Of a stretch of 64,000 bases of DNA, positions 7,830-16,321 are shown piece after piece. The DNA is from Propionibacteriaceae bacterium (GTDB taxonomy: Bacteria; Actinomycetota; Actinomycetes; Propionibacteriales; Propionibacteriaceae). The notes beneath the pieces were generated by a model, which saw nothing but the letters and a program-made list of their open reading frames with translations, was not told the origin of the DNA and ran no database searches. Numbering within the stretch: position 1 is the first letter of the stretch; every line of letters starts with the position of its first letter. The translations under genes and the position numbers were made by a program. The stretch spans positions 162-64,161 of the forward strand of contig DASVEX010000171.1 of NCBI GenBank assembly GCA_036380335.1. The letters run 5' to 3'.

Positions 7830-8852
7830 TCACTGCAAGGGAAAGGGCGACTGGCTCCAGGCCGGAAGGTCGCTGAGCTCCACGGTGGCGACCCACTTGA
7901 CCCACCAGAAACCCCGTCGGTGTGGCGCTACCAGCCGTACGGGCGCTCCATGCCCCGCGTCTAGTGGCTCGCCCTGATAGGCAGTGGCCAGCCACAGCGA
8001 ATTAGCGTCCTCAGTCGGGAATCGCCGTCGGTAGCCGGTCACACTCCGCACCTCGATGCTGGCAGCGGCGGCAAGCTGCTCCCGCGGAAGAAGATCACCA
8101 AGGTTGGCAGCTGTCCACTCCCCATCGGCGTACCAGCCGCTGGTGCAGTCCAGCCGCGCAGCGACGGTCGTTGATCGCGATGCCAAGTCGAGAATCGAGT
8201 ATGAGGATCCGGCAATAACGACGTGATGGTCGGGGTGGACGATCGGGATGGTGTCGAAGAGCCACATCGTTGCCGGGGCGGCATCGGCGGCGACCTTATG
8301 TGATCCAGTTGCGATTCTGCTGGCTGACGCAGATCCGACCAGCCCGCCAATACCCTCGAGTGCGGCATACGTCGTCCCGACGCCCGCAGCCAGCAAGCCG
8401 GTACGCAGCAGCGTCCGACGTGACAGGTCGACGCGGCGTAGCCGTTGCCGCCGGTGACGCAGCACATGCCAGACCAGTAGCGGTACGGCCAGCAGTGCAG
8501 ACCCGACGTGCACCTGCATCAGGCTGAGGTACCACAGCACGCCGTACCCGCCGTAGACCTCCACAAGTCCCGAACCGACGCAGACAACGACCAAGCCGAC
8601 CAAGATCACGCTTGCGACTCGGATGGCTGGAGCGCGCCGCATGATGACCGTCTTCCACGGCGTCAGCAATACAACCGCAAGTCCCAACAGACCGTGCGCG
8701 ATGGTGGCAGCTTTGGCCGGTCCCGAAGTGCCGGCGGCGAACGCAAGTCCACCGGTCACCGCGGCTCCAACGAGGACGATGAGTAGCGCCAGATTTGTAC
8801 GCCGACCCGCCCGTCGTAAGCCCAGGACGTTGCCGAGCCGGCGCCGGCTCAT
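7830..8852 (-). CDS. Molybdopterin-dependent oxidoreductase (sulfite-oxidase fold) with an N-terminal multi-TM region
   Basis: C-terminal GHGAPVRLVAPHRRGFWWVKWV. His-containing TM helices at the N-terminus. Start moved to the ATG at 8852, 2 nt after the stop of the upstream gene. Confidence 0.75.
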   Translation of the reverse strand: MSRRRLGNVLGLRRAGRRTNLALLIVLVGAAVTGGLAFAAGTSGPAKAATIAHGLLGLAVVLLTPWKTVIMRRAPAIRVASVILVGLVVVCVGSGLVEVYGGYGVLWYLSLMQVHVGSALLAVPLLVWHVLRHRRQRLRRVDLSRRTLLRTGLLAAGVGTTYAALEGIGGLVGSASASRIATGSHKVAADAAPATMWLFDTIPIVHPDHHVVIAGSSYSILDLASRSTTVAARLDCTSGWYADGEWTAANLGDLLPREQLAAAASIEVRSVTGYRRRFPTEDANSLWLATAYQGEPLDAGHGAPVRLVAPHRRGFWWVKWVATVELSDLPAWSQSPFPLQ

Positions 8853-8854
8853 GA

Positions 8855-10096
8855 CTAACCTCGTTGGTCGGGAAAGACCGGCGCGGCCGGCGGAGCGGGC
8901 GGCTGAAACTGGGGTCCCGCAGGGCTGCCGGTAGCCGACCACACGGCGGGTTGTGGCGGAGGCGGGAATACGACGTAAGGCCTGAGCCACGCGGCCCGCT
9001 GCAGCAGGACGCTCATCCGTTGGTTGAGATCAGCCGGGGCTGTCCCATTCACGGCTCGATTGTGCAGGAAACCGATCTCGATCATGGTTTGCTGGTACGC
9101 CCGAAGAGCTGCTGCGGCAGGCTTGCCCCCAATGCGTTTGGCGTACGCGCGGGCCGACATCCGATCCGAGAGTCGGGCTATCCAGCGGATCTCCTCGGGC
9201 CTCATCCAACCCATCTGCGACACCTGATGCAGTGCCGCGGTGAGCATCTTGCCTTCACGGGTACGCGCCCAAATGGCCACTGCCAAGATCACCACCAGCA
9301 GCGGGAGCATGATCGCGCCGTAGGCGATCAAGAACCCGTTGGCGCCGAAGAAGGTGCTGCCGTTCCAGATCGCGTGCATCAGCACCGCGGCCACGAAACC
9401 GAGGATTGGTGCAACGACGCGTACCGCCGGTCGACGGGTTGACACAGCAATTCCAATGCCCAGGCCCGTCGCGGCGGTGAACAGTGGATGTGCGAACGGC
9501 CCCATGATGCCGCGCAGGAAGAAGGTCAGACCGAGCTGCCCGGATTGCAGCGATCCTAGGTAGTAGACGATGTCCTCGACGAATGCGAATCCGATCCCGA
9601 CCAGGGCGCCGTAGATGATGCCATCGAGCAGGCCGTGCACCTCGGCACGTCGGAAGACCACGATCCCGACGAGAAACAAGCCTTTCGCCGACTCCTCGAT
9701 CAAGGGCGCAGCTATCGCGGTATTGACGTACTGGTTAGCGCCGGGCAGCCCGAAGAGGAGTTGCTCGCCGACAAAGCTCAGTGCGACGGCCGCAACAGCA
9801 CCCCAACCCAACGCTGTGAGTCGATACCGGGCCGGCTCCGGCTCGTAGCGGTCAAGCCAGAAACAGATCAAGATCATCAGCGGGAAGGACAGCGCGGCCA
9901 GCAGTGTGGCGATCAGCGCTCCAGCCGGGCCGCCCAGAAGAAAGATCAAGATCGCTATGGCCAAGCCGCCCACGCCGAGAACGATCATGGTGACCCAGGT
10001 GAGCGCGGAACGTGGACGGTGCAAAAGAGCGGCTGGCGCTACCGGGGCCATGACGGGACGAGGTCCGCCCGCAGGAAACATTGCCTGCCCAGTCAC
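8855..10096 (-). CDS. PrsW family intramembrane protease
   Basis: Multi-TM protein with IEESAKG and HAIWN motifs typical of PrsW. Confidence 0.85.
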   Translation of the reverse strand: MTGQAMFPAGGPRPVMAPVAPAALLHRPRSALTWVTMIVLGVGGLAIAILIFLLGGPAGALIATLLAALSFPLMILICFWLDRYEPEPARYRLTALGWGAVAAVALSFVGEQLLFGLPGANQYVNTAIAAPLIEESAKGLFLVGIVVFRRAEVHGLLDGIIYGALVGIGFAFVEDIVYYLGSLQSGQLGLTFFLRGIMGPFAHPLFTAATGLGIGIAVSTRRPAVRVVAPILGFVAAVLMHAIWNGSTFFGANGFLIAYGAIMLPLLVVILAVAIWARTREGKMLTAALHQVSQMGWMRPEEIRWIARLSDRMSARAYAKRIGGKPAAAALRAYQQTMIEIGFLHNRAVNGTAPADLNQRMSVLLQRAAWLRPYVVFPPPPQPAVWSATGSPAGPQFQPPAPPAAPVFPDQRG

Positions 10097-10190
10097 TGCT
10101 GATCACCTCATCCGTACGCCGTTGGCCCACCGCTACGTCAACCGCATCACTCAACGATAGGCAGCGGGTGGCTCGCGTACAGTCGCCGCT

Positions 10191-11120
10191 ATGGACGCGA
10201 TGCCAGCAGTTCATCCGCGACCAGGTTTGCCGAGCCGCGTCAGCGTCTACGAAGTCGGTCCCCGGGATGGCTTACAGGCCGAGAAAACGGTGCTGCCGCT
10301 GCCGGTCAAGCTAGAGCTGATCGACAGGCTCGGCGATGCGGGACTTGCAATTATCGAGGCAACCAGCTTCGTGTCGGCCCGTTGGGTTCCTCAACTGGCG
10401 GATGCCGACGATCTCATGGCTCGGCTGCAGCGTCGACCTGGTGTCCGGTATCCCGTGCTTGTCCCTAACGAGCGCGGTTTCGAGCGGGCCATGGCGGTCG
10501 GTGCCAATGAACTCGCGATCTTCGTGTCCGCAACCGAGACCTTTGCGAAGCAGAATCTGGGCACCACGCTGGACGGCGCCATCGCCATGGCGGCACCGGT
10601 CGTCAAGGCAGCAAAGCGAGAAAGAATTCCAGTACGCGGCTATGTCTCGATGTGCTTCGGCGACCCGTGGGAGGGGAGGGTCGACCCGGCGGCTCCCGCG
10701 GCCGTAGCGGCACGACTCATAGAGCTCGGCTGCTCCACCATCAGCCTGGGCGACACGATTGGTGTTGCCACCGCTGGTCACGTGGTGGCCGTACTCGACC
10801 GGGTAATAGCGGCCGGGGTGCCACGAGACCGGATCGCGCTACACCTGCACGACACCTACGGCCAGGCTCTCGCGAACGTGCTAGCCGGATTGGAGGCCGG
10901 AGTCAGCGAATTTGATTCCTCCGCCGGCGGACTGGGGGGCTGCCCGTACGCGAAATCAGCGACCGGGAATCTCGCTACTGAGGACCTGGTGTGGATGCTG
11001 GATGGCCTTGGCATCGAGACGGGCGTTGACCTGATGAAGCTGGCAGCCACCAGCCGCTGGCTTGCCGCCACGTTAGGACGGCCCTCGCCATCGCGGGTGG
11101 TGGCTGCGCTGGGCATTTGA
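10191..11120 (+). CDS. Hydroxymethylglutaryl-CoA lyase
   Basis: VYEVGPRDGLQ..., HLHDTYGQALAN, GGCPYA motifs of HMGL-like pyruvate-carboxyltransferase-domain enzymes. Confidence 0.9.
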   Translation: MDAMPAVHPRPGLPSRVSVYEVGPRDGLQAEKTVLPLPVKLELIDRLGDAGLAIIEATSFVSARWVPQLADADDLMARLQRRPGVRYPVLVPNERGFERAMAVGANELAIFVSATETFAKQNLGTTLDGAIAMAAPVVKAAKRERIPVRGYVSMCFGDPWEGRVDPAAPAAVAARLIELGCSTISLGDTIGVATAGHVVAVLDRVIAAGVPRDRIALHLHDTYGQALANVLAGLEAGVSEFDSSAGGLGGCPYAKSATGNLATEDLVWMLDGLGIETGVDLMKLAATSRWLAATLGRPSPSRVVAALGI

Positions 11121-11165
11121 ACGCCTCCGGCACTAGTGTCGTTGTCGTGGGTGGGAGGGGCACAC

Positions 11166-12125
11166 ATGGCCGACATCGACGACTTCGACCTCGACCGGAG
11201 TATCGCTCAAGCCTGGGCTGAGTTTCAGAGTCGGTTGAGTGAAGTCATCTCCCTGATCGACGACACGGCGGATCTGACGATCGGTACTGAGTCAGGGGGT
11301 AATGGTCCGCCGCCCTTCGTGAGGCTGAGCAGTCCTCGGCCAGGCGTGGTCCGATGTGAGGCTGCCAGCAACGCGGTGCTCGGCGGTGATTTTCAACTTT
11401 CTGCCGAGCTGCTCAGCGAGATGGAACGCCTGGGATGGCAACCACCGACAGTCAGCGGTGAGCCGCCATCGGCCACCCAATCGGTCGAGCCGACGGCGAA
11501 TTTCTGGATCGAGCTGCCGCAAGGTGAGTCCGATCGTATGAGCGAGCTGGCCGTAGCCGCCCTACGCGACATCTACGGCGTACAGCATCCGGTCTTTCTC
11601 GCTCCCGACCAGCTCGCGGAAGCGCTCCAGCCAGCACCGGCAGCCGTCGAGAGTGGCTCCTCGATCAAGGTCGTGGAGGTGGACGAGACTGATCTCCGGT
11701 CGACCATGCCGCGTAACCAGCAACATCTCAACGATCTTGTCGATGCGGAGCTTGCCGAGATATACGGCCATCTTCCGATCCGCGATGCTGAGGGTGACGT
11801 GGCCATCAGGGTCGGATCGACGATGCTCTTCCTACGCACTTCTTCCGATGGCCAGGAGGTGGTGCTTTTCGCCCCTGTCGTGCACGACATCGCCGGCCGG
11901 TCCCGAGCTGCCGAGGTGCTCAACGACTTGAACGTCGAGGCTCGCTGGGTCAAGTTCCAATTGATCAAGGACCGCGTCTTTGTGACTATTTCTGTGCTGT
12001 CCCGACCCTTCGTACCGGCTCACCTACGCCAGGCCGTCCGCATCCTCTCTGACGTCGCCGACGGCATCGACAACGAACTAGCCGCGAAGCTCAATGGCCG
12101 CACCACCTTCAGCGACCACGATTAG
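11166..12125 (+). CDS. YbjN/T3SS-chaperone-like (TY-Chap) domain protein, function unknown
   Basis: C-terminal DAEGDVAIRVGSTMLFLRT...VVLFAPVV...LNDLN...VKFQL..DRVFV pattern. Start set at the ATG at 11166, with RBS GGGAGGGG upstream. Confidence 0.6.
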   Translation: MADIDDFDLDRSIAQAWAEFQSRLSEVISLIDDTADLTIGTESGGNGPPPFVRLSSPRPGVVRCEAASNAVLGGDFQLSAELLSEMERLGWQPPTVSGEPPSATQSVEPTANFWIELPQGESDRMSELAVAALRDIYGVQHPVFLAPDQLAEALQPAPAAVESGSSIKVVEVDETDLRSTMPRNQQHLNDLVDAELAEIYGHLPIRDAEGDVAIRVGSTMLFLRTSSDGQEVVLFAPVVHDIAGRSRAAEVLNDLNVEARWVKFQLIKDRVFVTISVLSRPFVPAHLRQAVRILSDVADGIDNELAAKLNGRTTFSDHD

Positions 12126-12196
12126 CCAGTGGCGGTAGTTTCCCAACCCGGCCCAGCCGAGCTTTCGACGGAACGCACCAACGAGTCGAAGGTAGA

Positions 12197-13093
12197 TTGG
12201 ATGCCGTGATGGATCCCCGGGAGCTTTACACCTTGAACGAGGCGGTGGTCGCCAAGCTCAAGGAGCATCGCCCGGTGTTGATCCACCAGTTGGACGGCTT
12301 CGTTGACGCCGGGCAGGCCGGACGGCTGTTCTCCACGAATCTGCTGGACAACCTCGAGCACGAAGTGCTCGCCGAATTCGATCATGATCAGCTCCACGAC
12401 TACCGCAGCCGCCGACCAGCGATGATCTTCGACACCAATCAGTGGAAGTCTTACGCCGACCTTCATCTGCGTATCTATCGAGTCACGGACGGCCATGGCG
12501 AGGTCTTCCTGCTCTTGAGCGGCCCCGAGCCGGACGTGCAGTGGGAGCGACTCGCTGCGGCTATGGTCGGGCTGATCGAGCGGTTCGGCGTACGGATGAC
12601 TGTGGGTGTGCACGGCATCCCCATGGCGGTGCCGCATACCCGACCCATCACCTTGACGGCGCATGCTACCGATCCCTCGCTGGTCAGGTCTTATCGGAGT
12701 TGGATTGATCGTGTCGAGGTGCCAGCGAGCTTCACCGGTCTGCTGGAATTCCGTCTGGGCCAGCTGGATCGCACGGCCATGGGTTTTGCGGCACACGTGC
12801 CGCATTACCTAGCTCAAGCATCCTTCCCGGAAGCGACTTTGACGCTGACGCGTTCCCTCAACCAAGCGACAGGTCTGGCGGTTCCGCTGGAACCGCTGGA
12901 GAAGGCATCTGCCAGCAATCTCGCAGACATCGCTGACGAGATGGCGACCTCAACCGAAGTCCAGGAACTCGTGGCAACACTGGAGCAGCAATACGATGCA
13001 CTCCAGGCTGAACGACCGGATCGGGTGCCCAGTGCTGAGGAAATCGCCGCCGAGTTTGAGCGGTTCCTCGCTGAGCGCGAGAAGGACGACTGA
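12197..13093 (+). CDS. PAC2 (proteasome assembly chaperone 2-like) family protein
   Basis: PVLIHQLDGFVDAGQAG...VGVHGIPMAVPHTRP... and an acidic C-terminal tail, typical of actinobacterial PAC2 proteins. Confidence 0.85.
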   Translation: MDAVMDPRELYTLNEAVVAKLKEHRPVLIHQLDGFVDAGQAGRLFSTNLLDNLEHEVLAEFDHDQLHDYRSRRPAMIFDTNQWKSYADLHLRIYRVTDGHGEVFLLLSGPEPDVQWERLAAAMVGLIERFGVRMTVGVHGIPMAVPHTRPITLTAHATDPSLVRSYRSWIDRVEVPASFTGLLEFRLGQLDRTAMGFAAHVPHYLAQASFPEATLTLTRSLNQATGLAVPLEPLEKASASNLADIADEMATSTEVQELVATLEQQYDALQAERPDRVPSAEEIAAEFERFLAEREKDD

Positions 13094-13925
13094 TCTGCTG
13101 CTGCCCAATGCACCAGACCGTGAGGCGCTTGTCACTCGGCTTCGGCTCGCGGGATGTGTATTCGCCGAGGACGAAGCAGACGTGTTGCTCGGCGCTGCGA
13201 CATCGCAGCACGACCTCGAAGACATGATCAGGCAACGTGTACAGGGACTCCCGCTGGAGCTGATCGTTGGTTGGGCCGAGTTTGCCGGACTGCGGATTGG
13301 CATCGAGCCGGGCGTATTCGTACCGCGACAGCGGACCCTGCTTCTGTTGCGACACGCCTTGCGGCTCGCTCCGGCCCGACCGGTGGTTGTCGAGTTGTGT
13401 TGCGGTTCGGCAGCTGTCTCGGTTGCGCTGGCCTCGACGCTGCAGGGAGTCGAGCTCTACGCCACCGATATTGATCCGGCTGCGGTCCGATGCGCTCGCC
13501 GGAACCTGGTTGACGTCACCCCGCCAGCCTTCGTCTTCGAAGGTGACCTCTATGACCCACTGCCACCCTCACTGTCTGGTCGGGTCGACCTGCTGCTCGC
13601 CAATGCGCCCTATGTGCCGACTGAATCGATCGCGCTGATGCCGCCGGAAGCCCGCCTCTATGAGCCCCGAGTCGCGCTCGATGGGGGTACGGATGGGCTT
13701 GACGTGCATAGGCGAATCGCCGCAGGCGCGACGCACTGGCTTGCCCCGCGCGGACATCTGCTGATCGAGACCAGTCGCGACCAGGCGGCTGGAAGCGTGA
13801 CCGCCTTCGAACGTTATGGGTTGGTGGCCCACGTAGTCAGCTCCGACGAGCTGGATGCGACTATCGTCATCGGCCGGCTGGCAACGGCTCACCTGGAACA
13901 AAACGTGGCGGGCCGAGACCACTAA
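12996..13925 (+). CDS. HemK/PrmC-related putative protein N5-glutamine methyltransferase (start uncertain)
   Basis: VVELCCGSAAVS SAM motif and LANAPYVP (NPPY variant). No ATG or GTG lies in frame between the PAC2 stop (13093) and the conserved LVTRLRLAGCVFAEDEADVLL N-terminus. The start therefore either overlaps PAC2 (ATG 12996 or GTG ~13027) or is a CTG at 13095-13103. Confidence 0.7.
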   Translation: MHSRLNDRIGCPVLRKSPPSLSGSSLSARRTTDLLLPNAPDREALVTRLRLAGCVFAEDEADVLLGAATSQHDLEDMIRQRVQGLPLELIVGWAEFAGLRIGIEPGVFVPRQRTLLLLRHALRLAPARPVVVELCCGSAAVSVALASTLQGVELYATDIDPAAVRCARRNLVDVTPPAFVFEGDLYDPLPPSLSGRVDLLLANAPYVPTESIALMPPEARLYEPRVALDGGTDGLDVHRRIAAGATHWLAPRGHLLIETSRDQAAGSVTAFERYGLVAHVVSSDELDATIVIGRLATAHLEQNVAGRDH

Positions 13926-13934
13926 GCTCCTGTC

Positions 13935-14798
13935 GTGCCTCAGTCCCTTGTCGAGCTCATCGACCTGTTGGACCTGGAGGAAATTGAGATCGGACTGTTT
14001 CGGGCACGGCAGCCAAACACCCAGCTGCAGCGAGTCTTCGGCGGGGAAGTGCTGGCCCAGGCACTCATCGCCGCTGCCCGGACCGTGCCGGTCTCCAGGG
14101 TGCTGCATTCCCTGCACGCCTACTTTCTGCTTCCCGGACGGACCGACATTGCCATCGTCTACGACGTCGAACCAGTGCGCGACGGTGGTTCATTCTCCTC
14201 GCGGCGGGTCGTCGCTCGACAGGGTGGCAAGGTGATCTTCTATCTGTCGAGCTCCTTCCACGAGATGGAGGAGGGCTTCGAGCACCTGGATCCGGTGCCG
14301 GACGACGTTCCGGCGCCTGAGGATTGTCCGACCCTGGGGGAGGTGCTGTTCAAGGCATCAGGTCGGCCAGTCTCGTTCTGGGAGCACGAGTGGGGAGCAC
14401 TCGACGTGCGCTACGTCGGTGACTCTCGAAGCGGGGGCGCTCTGGTGAACCCACACCATCCGGCACATTCCCGCGTCTGGGTTCGCGCCAAGGGCAGGTT
14501 GCCCGATGACCGCCGCCTCCATCAGGCGGCGTTGGCGTACGCCAGTGATCTGACGTTGCTGGGAGTCACCACGGTGCCACACAACGTCTTCATCGGGCTG
14601 AATGTGCACGTCGCCTCCATCGACCACGCCATGTGGTTTCACCGGCCGTTTCGTGCCGACGAGTGGCTGCTCTACGACCAAATCTCCCCGTCCGCCTCGA
14701 GCGGCCTCGGCTTGGCAACCGCCCGCCTGTTCCAGAACAGCATCCTGGTCTCCAGCGTTGCCCAAGAAGGCCTCATTCGCCCCCTCCGCCACTCCTGA
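13935..14798 (+). CDS. tesB: Acyl-CoA thioesterase II
   Basis: LVELIDLLDLEEIE..LFRA......RVFGGEVLAQAL and double hot-dog length (287 aa). Confidence 0.9.
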   Translation: MPQSLVELIDLLDLEEIEIGLFRARQPNTQLQRVFGGEVLAQALIAAARTVPVSRVLHSLHAYFLLPGRTDIAIVYDVEPVRDGGSFSSRRVVARQGGKVIFYLSSSFHEMEEGFEHLDPVPDDVPAPEDCPTLGEVLFKASGRPVSFWEHEWGALDVRYVGDSRSGGALVNPHHPAHSRVWVRAKGRLPDDRRLHQAALAYASDLTLLGVTTVPHNVFIGLNVHVASIDHAMWFHRPFRADEWLLYDQISPSASSGLGLATARLFQNSILVSSVAQEGLIRPLRHS

Positions 14799-15031
14799 GC
14801 GTGCCAACTGTCAGTCGCTCCGCGAGCGTCGGAGCGGCGCTTTCGTCTTACGAAGCCGACTGGCGGGATTGCTCGGCGAGCGTCGGGTAGGCGCGCGCGC
14901 TGGCGATCGGAGGATCGATGAGCGAGGCGGACACCGCCAGTGATGCGCCGGCCAATCGGCATGCGCCTCGCGAAGAGTGACGACGACGCCAGCTCTCAGC
15001 GCGACGGCGCGAGCCGAGCCTCAAGAAAGGC

Positions 15032-15066
15032 CAGGGCGATCCGGAGGGGGAATCCGGATCGCCCTG
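15032..15066. terminator. Perfect 14-bp stem / 7-nt loop hairpin between convergent tesB and the sigma gene
   Basis: cagggcgatccgga-gggggaa-tccggatcgccctg, located 43 nt downstream of the sigma gene stop. No U-tract. Confidence 0.55.
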
Positions 15067-15108
15067 TGGGCTGCTGGTAAGTCGCTGTGAGGTCCCGCTG
15101 TGCGGGGG

Positions 15109-16059
15109 TTACGCAGCCAGGACCGACTTACCTCGCAGCTTGGCAATGGCATGACGCTCGATCTGACGGACACGCTCTGCGGTGATTCCCCAGATCGCAC
15201 CGATATCGGCGAGCTTGGCTTGACGGCCGTCGATGAGTCCGTAACGGCGGCGTACGACGTCGGCAGAACGCTCGTCCAGGGAGGCGAGCATGTCTTCCAA
15301 CCGGGCGTGCTCTTCGGCGTCAAGGAAAACCTCGTCCGGACCTGGCATCGGCTCACGGGCGATCAGATCGCCAAGAGCGGTGTCGCCGCCTTCCTCGACG
15401 GGCGCATCGAGGCTCACATGGTCGCGGCCGTAGCGCATCAGGTCAAGGACGCGCTCGGGCTCGAGATCCATTTCGATGGCGATCTCTTCGATCTCGGGAT
15501 CGCGCCCGAGTCGCCGCTCGAGCGTCCTGCGTACCGCACCGACCTGATTGACCTGCTCGGCAACATGTACCGGAAGCCGAACAATGCGGCCCTGCTGGGC
15601 GATCCCGCGGCTGATGGACTGCCGTACCCACCAGGTGCCATAGGTCGAGAACTTGAAGCCCTTGGTGTAGTCGAACTTCTCCACCGCACGGATAAGGCCC
15701 GTGTTGCCTTCTTGCACCAGATCCAAAAGAGGCATCTGAGACCGGCCGTACTTTCGAGCAACAGAAACCACCAAACGTAGGTTGGCGGTCACAAAATGCT
15801 GCATTGCTCGACGGCCTTCGTCAACCAAGAACTCCAGTTCAGCCTTGCTCGGCCGCTTGGCATGCTTTCCACGCTCGGCAAGCGTCACATCGCCGGAGAG
15901 GACGTGCTCGGCGTAAAGACCAATTTCGATCGTCTTCGCGAGCTCAACTTCCTCCTCAGCGGTCAGCAACGGAGTCTTGGCGATGCCTTCTAGATATAAG
16001 CCGACTGCATCTTTGCCATCGATGCCTTCGGATACTCGCGAACGAGTAGTTGTTGCCAC
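15109..16059 (-). CDS. Group 2 (principal-like, SigB/Hrd-type) sigma-70 factor
   Basis: Regions 1.2-4 are all present: [68 protein letters not shown], ...RVRQIERHAIAKLR. It lacks the long N-terminal extension of the principal sigma. Confidence 0.9.
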   Translation of the reverse strand: MATTTRSRVSEGIDGKDAVGLYLEGIAKTPLLTAEEEVELAKTIEIGLYAEHVLSGDVTLAERGKHAKRPSKAELEFLVDEGRRAMQHFVTANLRLVVSVARKYGRSQMPLLDLVQEGNTGLIRAVEKFDYTKGFKFSTYGTWWVRQSISRGIAQQGRIVRLPVHVAEQVNQVGAVRRTLERRLGRDPEIEEIAIEMDLEPERVLDLMRYGRDHVSLDAPVEEGGDTALGDLIAREPMPGPDEVFLDAEEHARLEDMLASLDERSADVVRRRYGLIDGRQAKLADIGAIWGITAERVRQIERHAIAKLRGKSVLAA

Positions 16060-16148
16060 AGTGGGCCCCTTTCGTTACCTTCACAATCCAGAACGCGTCA
16101 GGTACCGGTTTGGATTCCTCGGCTGCCCTGAAGAATCCCTGAGACCTA

Positions 16149-16175
16149 CTCGGGGGTAACCCCGAGCGGTTTTTT
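16149..16175 (+). terminator. Intrinsic terminator on the plus strand (7-bp GC stem, GUAA loop, U6)
   Basis: ctcgggg-gtaa-ccccgag cgg tttttt. No plus-strand gene lies upstream of it. It sits in the leader of the minus-strand sigma gene. Confidence 0.6.
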
Positions 16176-16321
16176 GCCCCCGCGGTCGAGTTCGTCAGCG
16201 TGCACTAATGGTTCGAAGCAACAGTCGTTTGTGGATGCATTACCCGCTCAGCCGCGGTGGTACGCGCCTGTTCGGTAACTCATCTAAAACGGTCACAAGT
16301 GGCCGGGAATTCCCGAACCGC

